A model generated the notes under the pieces. It was not told the DNA's origin. It ran no database searches and was given only the letters and a program-made list of their open reading frames with translations. A program made the translations under genes and the position numbers. From Candidatus Aminicenantes bacterium (GTDB taxonomy: Bacteria; Acidobacteriota; Aminicenantia; Aminicenantales; Saccharicenantaceae), in contig JACIYI010000013.1 of the NCBI GenBank assembly GCA_014360005.1, positions 14,494-78,493 of the forward strand: 64,000 bases of DNA. Reading direction: 5' to 3'. Shown here piece after piece: positions 1 through 10,131 of this stretch (positions within the stretch are counted from its first letter, which is position 1; the number at the start of each line of letters is the position of its first letter).

Positions 1-14
1 GGGATGACCGGACC

Positions 15-797
15 ATGGAAATCATAGTGCAACAGGACAGTCAGAAGGCCAGCTGGCTGGCGGCCAGGCTGCTCAGAAAGCTGATTCTGGAAAAACCCAA
101 TCCTGTCATCGGGCTGGCGACCGGCAACACTCAGCTGCAGCTTTATAAATACCTGGTCCAGATGCACCGGGAAGAAGGACTGGACTTCAGCCGGGTGATG
201 ACCTTCAACCTGGATGAATACGTGGGACTGTCGCCCGACCATCCGGCTTCCTTTCACCGCTTTATGTGGGACAACCTTTTCAGCCAGATAAATATCAAAC
301 CAGAAAACGTGCATATCCCTGACGGGCTGGCCTCTAACATCCAGGCTTACTGCGATAGATACGAACAGGAAATCAAGGAAGCTGGCGGAATAGATATCCA
401 GGTTCTCGGACTGGGCACCAACGGGCATATCGGCTTTAATGAACCTTCCTCCTCGTTGAGCTCACGCACCCGAATCAAAACTCTAACCGCCCAGACTAGG
501 AAAAATAATGCCATTTTTTTCGGCGGCGAAGACCACGTCCCCTACCACGCCATCACCATGGGCATCGGGACAATTCTGGAAGCCCGGACCTGCCTGCTGC
601 TGGCTTTTGGCCAGAAAAAGGCCAGCGCCATTGCCCTGGCGGTAGAGGGCCCGGTCACAGCCATGGTGCCAGCCTCGGCCCTGCAACTTCACCCCCAGGC
701 CATCATTATTCTAGACCGGGAAGCAGCCTCAGAACTCAAACACCTGGATTACTACCAGTGGGTATACGAACATAAGCCAGAATGGCAGAAAATTTAA
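15..797 (+). CDS. nagB: glucosamine-6-phosphate deaminase
   Basis: 260-aa ORF with NagB-like N-terminus and the 'LGLGTNGHIGFNEP' signature. Confidence 0.9.
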   Translation: MEIIVQQDSQKASWLAARLLRKLILEKPNPVIGLATGNTQLQLYKYLVQMHREEGLDFSRVMTFNLDEYVGLSPDHPASFHRFMWDNLFSQINIKPENVHIPDGLASNIQAYCDRYEQEIKEAGGIDIQVLGLGTNGHIGFNEPSSSLSSRTRIKTLTAQTRKNNAIFFGGEDHVPYHAITMGIGTILEARTCLLLAFGQKKASAIALAVEGPVTAMVPASALQLHPQAIIILDREAASELKHLDYYQWVYEHKPEWQKI

Positions 798-880
798 CCT
801 CGGCCGCCCCCCGTCTTTGACTTAATTTTCCCGCCTGTGATATAAGAATTTAACCTTAATTCTAAGAGAAGGACGTTAAG

Positions 881-2665
881 ATGCATCTGACGACACTGGA
901 CTGGGTGATAGTGATCGTTTCCATCAGTATCTGTTTCCTGCCGCCCTTGATCCTCAGCCGCCGGGCAGGAAAGAATACAGCCGAGTTTTTCACTTCCGGT
1001 CGGGCCGCACCCTGGTGGTTGATAGGTATTTCTATGGTGGCCACCACCTTCAGCACCGACACTCCCAACCTGGTCACCAACATTGTCCGCAATAACGGGG
1101 TGGCCGGCAACTGGGTGTGGTGGGCTTTTCTCCTGACCGGGATGATGACCGTGTTTTTCTATGCCCGTCTGTGGCGGCGGTCGCGGGTGCTGACTGACCT
1201 GGAATTTTACGAGCTGCGCTACGCCGGCAAACCCGCCTCTTTTGTCCGTGGTTTCAGGGCAATTTATCTGGGGCTGTTCTTCAACTGCGTCATCATGGCC
1301 TCAGTCAACCTGGCCGCAGCCAAGATAGCCAACGTCATCCTGGGCTGGCCCATGGCCAGGACCCTCATCCTCTGCAGTATTATCAACGTTACCTTTGCCG
1401 CCCTGGCTGGGCTGTGGGGTGTGCTGGTGGTTGACCTGATTCAATTCGGTATCGCCATGACAGGAGCTTTCTCGGCAGCCATCTTCGCCCTGAGGCAGCC
1501 GGAAATTGGTGGACTGTCTGGCCTGTTCTCCAAGCTGGATGCCAGGACCATAGGTCTGCTGCCGGATTTTGGCAACTGGACCGTGGCCCTGTCTATCTTT
1601 ATCATCCCGGTGGCCGTCCAGTGGTGGTCAGTCTGGTATCCTGGAGCCGAACCGGGCGGCGGCAGCTACATCGCCCAGAGAATGCTGGCGGCCAGAAGTG
1701 AGAAAGACGCTCTAAGCGGAACCCTGTTCTTCAATTTCGCCCACTACGCTCTCCGACCCTGGCCCTGGATCCTGGTGGCCCTTTGCTCTTTCATCATCTA
1801 TCCCGACCTAGCCGACATCCAGAAGGCCTTTCCGGGAGTTGACCCCAGACTAATCGGAAACGACATGGCCTACCCGGCCATGCTCCGGTTCCTGCCATCT
1901 GGCTTTCTGGGAATCATGGTAGCCGGCCTGCTGGCGGCCTACGTCTCCACTCTGGTCACTCACCTAAACTGGGGCAGTTCCTACGTAGTCCATGATTTTT
2001 ACCGTCGCTTCCTCAAACCCGGGGCTGATGAAAAACATTATGTGGCTGCGGGCCGGGTAATGACCGTCATCCTGATGGTCCTGGCCAGCCTCTTGACCTT
2101 CGTCCTGGAATCAGCTAAAGCCAGTTTTGACCTAATGCTGTCCATCGGTGCCGGCACCGGATTGATTTACCTGCTGCGCTGGTTCTGGTGGCGGATAAAT
2201 GCCTGGTCGGAAATCGCGGCCATGGCCAGCTCCTTCTCGGTAGCCGTCTATTTCTTCATCAGGGGCAAGATGGGGCAGCCTGTTCCCCAGCATATCTCCC
2301 TGCTGGTAACAATTGCTTTCACCACGGTGGTCTGGCTGGTAGTCACTTACCTGACCAAACCGGTCAGCCGGGAGAAGCTCATTTCCTTCTACCAACTGGT
2401 CAAACCGGCCGGCCCGGGCTGGAATAAAATCAGACAGGAAGCCGGGCTGGACGGCTCTCCCGACAGCCTGACCCTGTCTTTCGCCGGCTGGGTGGCTGGG
2501 TGCCTGTTTGTCTATTCGGCGCTGTTCGGGACCGGAGCTTACATTTACAGCCGCTGGCCGCTGGCCATTTTCTGGACTGTTCTGTTCGTGGTAAGTACTT
2601 TCTCCCTTATCAAAATAATCGGTAAAATCTGGGCCGGAGCTGGTCAGAAAGAATCTGCCGCTTAA
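881..2665 (+). CDS. sodium:solute symporter (SSF) family transporter
   Basis: 594-aa polytopic membrane ORF; N-terminal 'FFTSGR..PWW..G.S..AT.FS.DTP' pattern typical of SSF permeases; substrate unknown. Confidence 0.75.
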   Translation: MHLTTLDWVIVIVSISICFLPPLILSRRAGKNTAEFFTSGRAAPWWLIGISMVATTFSTDTPNLVTNIVRNNGVAGNWVWWAFLLTGMMTVFFYARLWRRSRVLTDLEFYELRYAGKPASFVRGFRAIYLGLFFNCVIMASVNLAAAKIANVILGWPMARTLILCSIINVTFAALAGLWGVLVVDLIQFGIAMTGAFSAAIFALRQPEIGGLSGLFSKLDARTIGLLPDFGNWTVALSIFIIPVAVQWWSVWYPGAEPGGGSYIAQRMLAARSEKDALSGTLFFNFAHYALRPWPWILVALCSFIIYPDLADIQKAFPGVDPRLIGNDMAYPAMLRFLPSGFLGIMVAGLLAAYVSTLVTHLNWGSSYVVHDFYRRFLKPGADEKHYVAAGRVMTVILMVLASLLTFVLESAKASFDLMLSIGAGTGLIYLLRWFWWRINAWSEIAAMASSFSVAVYFFIRGKMGQPVPQHISLLVTIAFTTVVWLVVTYLTKPVSREKLISFYQLVKPAGPGWNKIRQEAGLDGSPDSLTLSFAGWVAGCLFVYSALFGTGAYIYSRWPLAIFWTVLFVVSTFSLIKIIGKIWAGAGQKESAA

Positions 2666-2677
2666 AAGGAGGATAGG

Positions 2678-4198
2678 ATGTATGCTCTGGGTCTTGATTC
2701 TGGCACCCAGGGAACCAAAGCTCTGGTGGTGGATATCGAATCAGGGGTGGTCGTCGGCCGCGGTTATGCCCGGCACAGGATGATAGAAGGACTCAAACCG
2801 GGAGAATCGGAACAGAACCCCAGAGAATGGATTCTGGCCATGGAACAGGCTATCAGCCAGAGCCTGCGCTCGGCCGGAATTAAGCCGGCAGACATCGTCT
2901 GCCTGGGCCTTTCGGGCCAGCAGCATGGATTTGTCCCCCTGGACCAAAACCACCAGCCGATACGCCCGGCCAAGCTCTGGAATGACACTTCAACCGTTGA
3001 GGAAACAGAAGAAATTATCAGGGCAATGGGCGGGGAAAAGGCTTTCATCGAAAAACTGGGGCTCAGTCTGGCCGTGGGCTATACCGCTTCCAAAATTCTC
3101 TGGTTAAAAAAGCATGAACCTGAAAATTATGCCCGACTGAGGCTGGTTCTCCTGCCCCATAACTACCTGAACCTTTACCTGACCGGCCGTCCTCACATGG
3201 AATACGGGGATGCCTCGGGCACTGGCCTGATGGACATCAAAAACCGCTGCTGGCATCAGGAAGCCCTGCGGACTATTGACCCCGAACTGGAAGGAAAACT
3301 TCCCACTCTCTCCCATCCGGTCGAACCGGTCGGATACATCCGGCCGGAAATAGCCGCCAGATTCGGCCTGGGCCGGGTCCTGGTGGCCGCCGGCGGCGGC
3401 GATAACATGATGGCCGCCATCGGCACCGGCAACGTCAGCCCAGGTCTGCTGACAGTCAGCCTGGGTACCTCGGGCACCGTATTCTCCTACTCGAATAGAC
3501 CATTCCTCGACCCCGAAGGAGAAATTGCCGCTTTTTGCGACAGCACCGGGGGCTGGCTTCCCCTGCTCTGCACCATGAACGTCACCAACACCACCGAAAT
3601 GCTGAAAGAACTTTTAGTCATTAATAATGAAGAGCTGGAAGCCCTGGCCGCCAGCACTCGACCCGGAGCTTCCGGTCTGATTTTTCTACCCTTTATTGAC
3701 GGTGAAAGGGTTCCGGTCCTGCCTCAAGCTTCGGGGGTCTTTTTCGGCCTGACCCGCCAGAACTTCAACCGGCAGAACCTGGCCCGGGCCGTCATAGAAG
3801 GAACAGTCTTAAACCTGGGTTATGGATTTTCCCGCCTGCAAGGGCTCGGCCTGGAGGCCAGGGAAATCAGGGCTACTGGTGGCGGAGCCAGAAGTCGGAC
3901 CTGGCTGCAGGTGTTGTCCGATGTCTTCGCCAACCCCGTAGCAACCCTGAAGGAACCAGAATCAGCCGCCTATGGAGCCGCCCTGCAGGCCATCTGGTGC
4001 TACCGGAACCAGAAAAATGATCCGGTCGCCCTGCCTGAACTGGTCGGGGAGATGGTCAAAAAAGATGTCCTGGCCGCCAACCCCCAGCCTGAAAATCTGG
4101 CTCTCTACCGGGAACTTCAGGCCAGGTTCAATTCACTCTGGCAGACACTATCGGCTGAATTCAGTGCCCAGCGCCGGCTGGTCAGAACCAGGTTTTAG
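2678..4198 (+). CDS. xylB: FGGY-family carbohydrate kinase, xylulokinase-like
   Basis: 506 aa; 'GLDSGTQGTKA' N-terminal phosphate-1 motif, 'GLSGQQHG', 'GGGDNMMAAIGTG'; sugar specificity is uncertain given the nagB context. Confidence 0.65.
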   Translation: MYALGLDSGTQGTKALVVDIESGVVVGRGYARHRMIEGLKPGESEQNPREWILAMEQAISQSLRSAGIKPADIVCLGLSGQQHGFVPLDQNHQPIRPAKLWNDTSTVEETEEIIRAMGGEKAFIEKLGLSLAVGYTASKILWLKKHEPENYARLRLVLLPHNYLNLYLTGRPHMEYGDASGTGLMDIKNRCWHQEALRTIDPELEGKLPTLSHPVEPVGYIRPEIAARFGLGRVLVAAGGGDNMMAAIGTGNVSPGLLTVSLGTSGTVFSYSNRPFLDPEGEIAAFCDSTGGWLPLLCTMNVTNTTEMLKELLVINNEELEALAASTRPGASGLIFLPFIDGERVPVLPQASGVFFGLTRQNFNRQNLARAVIEGTVLNLGYGFSRLQGLGLEAREIRATGGGARSRTWLQVLSDVFANPVATLKEPESAAYGAALQAIWCYRNQKNDPVALPELVGEMVKKDVLAANPQPENLALYRELQARFNSLWQTLSAEFSAQRRLVRTRF

Positions 4199-5757
4199 TG
4201 CTTGTGCAGGTCTTTATGCATTATTCTCCTGGTCAGGACCTTTCTTTCTTCCGGTAAGAGCAGGGTTAGCTGCTGGCTGAGGTTTTCATCCTCCTCTTCT
4301 TCCAGCATCCGGGTCACATAGTCAATTATGCTCGAGGGAAAGACCAGGTCGCGCTCATACAGGTCTCTTTTTTCTCTGAGAACCTGGGCTGATTCCTGGC
4401 AGCTTCCTGGAAGCTGCTGCAGGCTTTCCAGCAACTTTCTGTCCCTGAAGATATTCCCGCTTACATACAAATTTTCAGCCAGCTCAGCTGCCTGTTTGCC
4501 CCAGATACCTGCCGTTTCCGGGTTGAGTGCCCAATCAGCCGCCATGGTCAGCCCGGCCAAGAAAAGATGGATTAAAGCGCTGCCGTCAGCCGTTCTCATC
4601 TCCACTGTCTGGCGGCTTTCCGGGGATTCAAAGGATTCCATTTCCCTGGGGTTGACCAGAGCTGACAGGTGGCTGACCCTGGTCCAGCCCAGGGGCACCC
4701 TGATCATGGCGCTGCGGTTAAGGTCACTCCAGCAGACCCGGGTGGGGGCTTCCTGGTTGGGCACCAGCCGGAAATAAGAAGAGGCCACGGTGTTGCCAAA
4801 GGCAGTCAGCGAATCGGCATAATGGCAGAGGCCCCCGATAAGCAACCGGGCTTCCCGGCTGAGGCTGCCGTCCGGACCAGTCATAATATTTTTTCCTTCG
4901 CGTTTCAGCTCCAGGTGAAAATGAAGGCCGTTGCCGGCCACGTCCTCTTCCAGCTTGGGGGTGAAAGTGGCCACCAGGCCGTGGCGGTAGGCCACGTTGC
5001 GAATAATCCAGCGAGCCAGGACCAGGTGCTCGGCACATTCTTCCACCGGTTCTGGCAGGAATTCAATCTCCATCTGCTCGGCGGTCTTGCCGTTGATTTC
5101 TTCCACCTCGCTCTCCACTCGCTCCAGGTATCCCACCTCGCTGTGGGCATATTTAACAGCTCCAGACAGCTGAGTTATCAACCTGACCATTTCGTCCAGC
5201 ACGTGACCGCTCTTAATAAAGGGAGAAGAAGAATGATAGCCTTTCTGTTTCTGGGCGGGGTAAATCCTTGGCTGGTCGCTCAACAGGAAAAATTCCAGCT
5301 CGCCCAGGGCCCTGAGCTCCAGACCGGTATGCTCCCTAAAAACCTGATGGGCCTTGAACAGGATATTATCCACGGTAAACCGCACCGGCAGACCCTCTCC
5401 GTCCAGGTAGCGGCAGATGAAATCCAGGCTCCGGTCATCAAAGGGATTGAGAAAAGCCGAGCGGTAAACGGGAACAACATAAAGGTCGGACAGGCCGGCA
5501 TCCACCAGTCCCTTGTAGAGGGAGGACCCGTCGACCCTTTCTCCCTCAGCCAGGATGGTTTCGGCCTGGGTCGGGCTGGCCACGGGGATTTTGAGCTCTT
5601 TGAGCTTGCCATCCAGACCCATGTAATGGAAGGTAATCTTCTCCAGTTTTTTTTCCTCGATGAGCTTGAGAAAATCCTGCCGTTTGAACTCTTTGGGTTC
5701 CTTATCCAGCAGAACTGCTACTGGATTGGACAGGGCATAGGACCTTTTAGAAACCAT
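4195..5757 (-). CDS. glutamine synthetase family protein (ligase of unknown specificity)
   Basis: 520 aa; GS ATP-binding-type motif 'TPKLEEDVAGNGLHFHLEL'; good SD (AAGGAAGG) before the ATG; 3' end overlaps the xylB-like stop by 4 nt (convergent). Confidence 0.7.
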   Translation of the reverse strand: MVSKRSYALSNPVAVLLDKEPKEFKRQDFLKLIEEKKLEKITFHYMGLDGKLKELKIPVASPTQAETILAEGERVDGSSLYKGLVDAGLSDLYVVPVYRSAFLNPFDDRSLDFICRYLDGEGLPVRFTVDNILFKAHQVFREHTGLELRALGELEFFLLSDQPRIYPAQKQKGYHSSSPFIKSGHVLDEMVRLITQLSGAVKYAHSEVGYLERVESEVEEINGKTAEQMEIEFLPEPVEECAEHLVLARWIIRNVAYRHGLVATFTPKLEEDVAGNGLHFHLELKREGKNIMTGPDGSLSREARLLIGGLCHYADSLTAFGNTVASSYFRLVPNQEAPTRVCWSDLNRSAMIRVPLGWTRVSHLSALVNPREMESFESPESRQTVEMRTADGSALIHLFLAGLTMAADWALNPETAGIWGKQAAELAENLYVSGNIFRDRKLLESLQQLPGSCQESAQVLREKRDLYERDLVFPSSIIDYVTRMLEEEEDENLSQQLTLLLPEERKVLTRRIMHKDLHKH

Positions 5758-5910
5758 CGTAACCTTCCTTATTATAATTAATCATAATTCCGGCAGACCG
5801 GCAAAAGAGTTAATATTTTAAGTTAAATCAAGCAGTTCTGACAAGCCCCGGTCTGCCCGGCTGTTCTTCCGCCATAATTTAGTCGTCTCAGTACGAACTA
5901 AGTAGATTAA

Positions 5911-7281
5911 TCAATAGAGTAAATAAGGCTGCCTTAATCTGGCAAATTCTTCCAAGCCGGGTTCCAGTCCACGGACTATTTCCTCGGGCGACCGGCCTGC
6001 CTCCAGGGCCAGGCGGACATCAGAATTGCCCATAATCTTATCGAAATAATCGGGGTGGAATTCAAACCTATCGGGGTACATTTGTTTGATGGTAGCCATT
6101 ATCCAGAGAGCCGTCAGGAACGGCCGGAAGGATTGGCGGTCGGTAACATGAAGCTGACAGCCGCCACACAACTGGCCGCGGTACTTGGAAAACCACGGGG
6201 TAAACCAGGCTTCCCGGAAGATAACCCCGGGAAGACCAATTTTATTCAGACGCTCGGTCAGTTGATAACCGTCTATCCAGGGAGCCCCGAACAGCTCGAA
6301 CGGCCTGGTCGTCCCCCTCCCCTCGGAGACATTGGTCCCTTCCAGGTAGACCTGGCCGGGATAGACGATGGCCGTTTCCGGAGTGGGCATGTTGGGCGAA
6401 GGCATGACCCAGGGCCAGCCGGTCTGGTCGAACCACATTTCCCGACGCCAGCCTTCCATCGGGATAACGGTCAGCCTGGCTTTGGTCGAGAGAAAGCGGT
6501 CATTGAACAACCTGGCCAGTTCCCCCACCGTCATTCCGTGCCGCTGGGGAATCGGGTACAGGCCGACAAATGAGCTGAATTCAGGGTATTGAAGCAGGCG
6601 GCCCTCCATTATCACTCCAGTAACCGGGTTGGGCCGGTCCAGGACGATGAAATCAAGGCCCAGGCTGGCGCACATCTCCATGGCATAGGCCATGGTGGCG
6701 ATGTAGGTATAAACTCTGGTGCCGACATCCTGGATATCAAAAATCAGGACATCGATGCCTTCAATCATGGCTTTTTCCGGCACCTTGCCCGCCAGCTGGG
6801 TGTCGAAAGTCCGCATATATTCATCTATGTTCCTGAGCATGCCCGGGTCGGGCTTGAAGGACTGGCCATAAAGACTGAAGACCGGCAGTTCCAGTTTATC
6901 ATCAAAGTAGAAAGGCACATATTCTCCGGCCTGGGCGTTGCCCCGGATGCCATGCTCCGGGCCATAAAGCGCCACCAGGTTTACCTCTGGATGTTCTTTA
7001 AGCAAACGGGCCGTGGAACGCAGCTTCCGGTCCACACCGGAAGGGTTGGTAATCAGGCCCACTCTTTTACCCCGCACCAGGTCCAGGTGTTTTTCCAGAA
7101 AAACCTCCACTCCCGGTTTGACTGTCGCCAATTCGGCCTTTTGCGGCTCAGCGGTTTTTTGCCTTCGACAGGAAAGCAGCGGGAACGCCAGGCAGATGAT
7201 AAGGACATAGACGGGAATCAGGTACCATTTTCTTTTGCCCGGAATAATTTTCATCCTGGCCTCCATCTTTCTTAAAAACAT
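5911..7281 (-). CDS. DUF1343 / NamZ-like exo-beta-N-acetylmuramidase lipoprotein
   Basis: 'GLITNPSGV', 'LYGPEHGIRG', 'IFDIQDVGTRVYTY' DUF1343 motifs; lipobox-like 'PLLSC'; the true start may be the internal Met at 7254. Confidence 0.75.
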   Translation of the reverse strand: MFLRKMEARMKIIPGKRKWYLIPVYVLIICLAFPLLSCRRQKTAEPQKAELATVKPGVEVFLEKHLDLVRGKRVGLITNPSGVDRKLRSTARLLKEHPEVNLVALYGPEHGIRGNAQAGEYVPFYFDDKLELPVFSLYGQSFKPDPGMLRNIDEYMRTFDTQLAGKVPEKAMIEGIDVLIFDIQDVGTRVYTYIATMAYAMEMCASLGLDFIVLDRPNPVTGVIMEGRLLQYPEFSSFVGLYPIPQRHGMTVGELARLFNDRFLSTKARLTVIPMEGWRREMWFDQTGWPWVMPSPNMPTPETAIVYPGQVYLEGTNVSEGRGTTRPFELFGAPWIDGYQLTERLNKIGLPGVIFREAWFTPWFSKYRGQLCGGCQLHVTDRQSFRPFLTALWIMATIKQMYPDRFEFHPDYFDKIMGNSDVRLALEAGRSPEEIVRGLEPGLEEFARLRQPYLLY

Positions 7282-7438
7282 TTTCTTTCTGCCCTGATTA
7301 TAATCAAAGCTGGCGGAATAAGAAAGAATTTCAGCTGACCACAGCCGCTAAGGATGGTTGACGCAGAACAGCTTGATATTAAGGCAGCCAGATAATAAAA
7401 TCAGAAGCGCCACAATCAGGAAGGTAAAGGTTTTGACC

Positions 7439-10108
7439 ATGAGACAGAAAAGATTTTTAATCCGAAAATTAGGCGGCTGGCTGCTAATTCTGATTGCTAT
7501 GTTTCTGTTATCCGCCTGCAGCCGGCCGGAGCATTTCTTAAAAGATTCGGCCTACCGCCGGCTGGTCCACCGGCAGTTCCAGAAAAGAGCCGAATTGGCC
7601 CGGGGCCGGCAGCAGGAGCTTTTCTCGGTGTTGAAGGGTTTGAACCAGGCCGAAAGGGAAGCCCTGGAGTTCCTTTACGCTTTCATGCCTTTAAGCGACC
7701 TGGCCAACCTCGACGGCCAGTATTTCCTGGAGCAAGTCCGGGCTGCCTTCCAGGCCAGGCAATATTTCAGCTGGGGTCGGGATATCCCGGACGATATTTT
7801 TCGCCACTTTGTCCTTCCCTACCGGGTGAATAACGAAAATCCAGACCGGGCCCGGCAGGTCTTTTTTGAGGAACTCAAAGATAGGATTAAAGGTCTGGAT
7901 ATGTACCGGGCGGCGCTTGAAGTCAATCACTGGTGCCACGAAAAAGTCACCTACCGGCCAACCGATGAGCGCACCTCGGCTCCTCTGGCCACGGTCAAAA
8001 CGGCCTTTGGCCGGTGCGGCGAAGAATCCACCTTCACCGTAGCCGCCCTGCGGGCGGTCAGCCTCCCGGCTCGCCAGGTTTACACCCCGCGTTGGGCTCA
8101 TACTGACGATAATCACGCCTGGGTCGAGGTCTGGGTCAACGGCCGCTGGTACTACCTCGGAGCCTGCGAGCCAGAACCTGAACTCAACCGGGGCTGGTTT
8201 ACCGGACCGGCCAAAAGAGCCATGATGGTCCACACTACAGTTTTCGGCCAGTACAGCGGCCCGGAGGAAATTCTGCAAAAGACCGCCCTCTACACCAGGA
8301 TCAACCAGCTGCCCATGTATGCCCCAACCACCCGGCTGACGGTCGAAGTTAGAGACACCCGTGGTGCGGTGATTCCCGGAGCCACCGTTGAGTTCTGCCT
8401 TTATAACTACGCCGAATTCTATCCGATAGCCAGCCAGGTCAGCGACCAGCAGGGGCAGGCTTCGGTCATCACGGGACTTGGTGATCTGCTGGTTCTGGCC
8501 TATAAAGATAACCTTGTGGCCTGGCAAAAAGTGACAGCCGGAGCCACTGACCGTCTGCTTCTGACCCTGACCGAACCCGATTTTTCCGAGCGCCAGGTGG
8601 ACCTGGATATCATTCCGCCTGTGGCCCGCGCCGTGGAGCCACCCGACCTGGCCGGAGTTGAAGAAAACAATCGCCGGCTGAGGCTGGAAGATATCCTCAG
8701 AGCCACCTATGAATCAACTTTCATAAATAGAGACATCGCTGCCATTTTCGCCAAGGAAAAAGGCCTGCCCGAGGACCTAACCTGGAAGTACCTGGAAGCC
8801 AGCCGCGGCAACTGGCCGGAGATCATCGAGTTTCTGTACCGGCTAAAACCGGAAGAATTCTCCTGCGGCCTCGGTTTGCTGGCAGCACTCACCGCCAAGG
8901 ACCTGCGCGACACCCCGGCTGAAGTCCTGCTGCACCACCTGCGAGAGACTCCGGCCAGAGACGAAAAACTTGATGAAACCACCTACCTTAACTATGTCCT
9001 CTCCCCCCGGGTCGGGCGAGAACTCCTCAGTCCCTGGCGAAAATACATCAAAGACAAATTCAGCCAGGCGGAGAAAGAAGAATTTAAGAAAAATCCAGAA
9101 AAAATTTACAGCTGGATTCAGGCTCGTATTCAGCTTGATGACAGCAATTATTACCAGGTCCCGCTGCTGCCCCAGGGTTTGCTGCAGCTCGGCCGGGCTG
9201 ATGTTTATTCCATGAAAGTACTTTACGTGGCCATCGCCCGCAGCCTGGGGATTCCGGCCAGGATAGACCGGGCTACCGGCCGGGCCTGCTACCTGAATAG
9301 TGGACAGTGGAAAGAGGTTTACTTCGGCCAGGAAAGCGAACGGCCGGAATCTCCGGCCAAATCCAGGCTCAGCCTGAAATACGAACCAGTAGCCGGCTTG
9401 CCCCGGCCTTCATACTACAGCCATTTTACCCTGGCCCGTTTCAGCCAGGGCCGTTACCGTACTCTTGACTACGAAAATCAACCAGCTCTTAATTCTTTTC
9501 CTGGCGAGCTCCAGGTTGACCCCGGTCATTACCTGCTAATCAGCGGCAACCGCCAGCCGGACGGCAGCGTTCTCTGCCGGCTTAATTTCTTCCAGGTTGA
9601 GCCGGCTCAACTCAAAGAAGTCAGTATCAGTCTGAGAACCAGTCTCCAGGAACCTGAAGTTTTAGGCCAGTTCCTGCCTGAAGCCGAGGTCTACGATTTG
9701 AAATCCCAGTCAGGTCTCAAGCTGTCCACCCTCACCGCCAGCAGAAGTTTTATTCTGTTACTCATCGAGCCCGACCGCGAACCCAGCCAGCACCTGATGG
9801 GAGAAATCCAGGCTCTGTCGGGCCAGTTGGCCGACTGGCCGGGCCTGGTGGTGGTGGCCGTAGCCAGAGATAGCCTGCCGGCCAGCTTTGAGCCGACCCG
9901 GTATAAAGCTTTGCCTCCAGCGGCCAGGCTGGTCTATGACATACAAGGTCACATCAGTGGGCGGTTGCTTCAAGCCCTGGGAAAAGAACCGGCCGGATTG
10001 CCGGTGGCTCTGGCCTGCCGGGCTGGTGGAAATATCATCTTCTACTCTGAAGGTTACCGGATAAGTACCGGAGAGCAACTGGTTCGGATGTTGCACTGGT
10101 TGAAATAA
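7439..10108 (+). CDS. transglutaminase-like domain lipoprotein
   Basis: Cys-His-Asp core 'GRCGEES...DNHAWVEVW'; signal peptide with 'LLSACS' lipobox; start moved to ATG 7439 (SD AGGAAGG upstream; the ORF track begins at TTG 7358). Confidence 0.75.
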   Translation: MRQKRFLIRKLGGWLLILIAMFLLSACSRPEHFLKDSAYRRLVHRQFQKRAELARGRQQELFSVLKGLNQAEREALEFLYAFMPLSDLANLDGQYFLEQVRAAFQARQYFSWGRDIPDDIFRHFVLPYRVNNENPDRARQVFFEELKDRIKGLDMYRAALEVNHWCHEKVTYRPTDERTSAPLATVKTAFGRCGEESTFTVAALRAVSLPARQVYTPRWAHTDDNHAWVEVWVNGRWYYLGACEPEPELNRGWFTGPAKRAMMVHTTVFGQYSGPEEILQKTALYTRINQLPMYAPTTRLTVEVRDTRGAVIPGATVEFCLYNYAEFYPIASQVSDQQGQASVITGLGDLLVLAYKDNLVAWQKVTAGATDRLLLTLTEPDFSERQVDLDIIPPVARAVEPPDLAGVEENNRRLRLEDILRATYESTFINRDIAAIFAKEKGLPEDLTWKYLEASRGNWPEIIEFLYRLKPEEFSCGLGLLAALTAKDLRDTPAEVLLHHLRETPARDEKLDETTYLNYVLSPRVGRELLSPWRKYIKDKFSQAEKEEFKKNPEKIYSWIQARIQLDDSNYYQVPLLPQGLLQLGRADVYSMKVLYVAIARSLGIPARIDRATGRACYLNSGQWKEVYFGQESERPESPAKSRLSLKYEPVAGLPRPSYYSHFTLARFSQGRYRTLDYENQPALNSFPGELQVDPGHYLLISGNRQPDGSVLCRLNFFQVEPAQLKEVSISLRTSLQEPEVLGQFLPEAEVYDLKSQSGLKLSTLTASRSFILLLIEPDREPSQHLMGEIQALSGQLADWPGLVVVAVARDSLPASFEPTRYKALPPAARLVYDIQGHISGRLLQALGKEPAGLPVALACRAGGNIIFYSEGYRISTGEQLVRMLHWLK

Positions 10109-10131
10109 AAGGGAAAAAGACTGGTTGACCG

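Noticed and set aside
4669-5781. 370-aa plus-strand ORF, together with similar long ORFs at 6589-7275(+), 7691-8527(-), 15689-16552(+), 25251-25889(-), 47170-48030(-), 52727-53491(+) and 53247-54068(+)
   Set aside because: Each lies antisense to, or out of frame with, a CDS that has strong family motifs (GS, NamZ-like, transglutaminase, HtrA-like, UvrB, AOR, mogA/MOSC/moaC). Their translations are low-complexity Gly/Pro/Arg/Ser-rich 'shadow' sequences typical of GC-rich DNA.
5821-5860. A sigma54 (-24 GG / -12 GC) promoter upstream of the GS-family gene
   Set aside because: The GG…TGC candidates (GGGGCTTGTCAGAACTGC) have 12 or more nt between the elements instead of the required 10, so the spacing does not fit.
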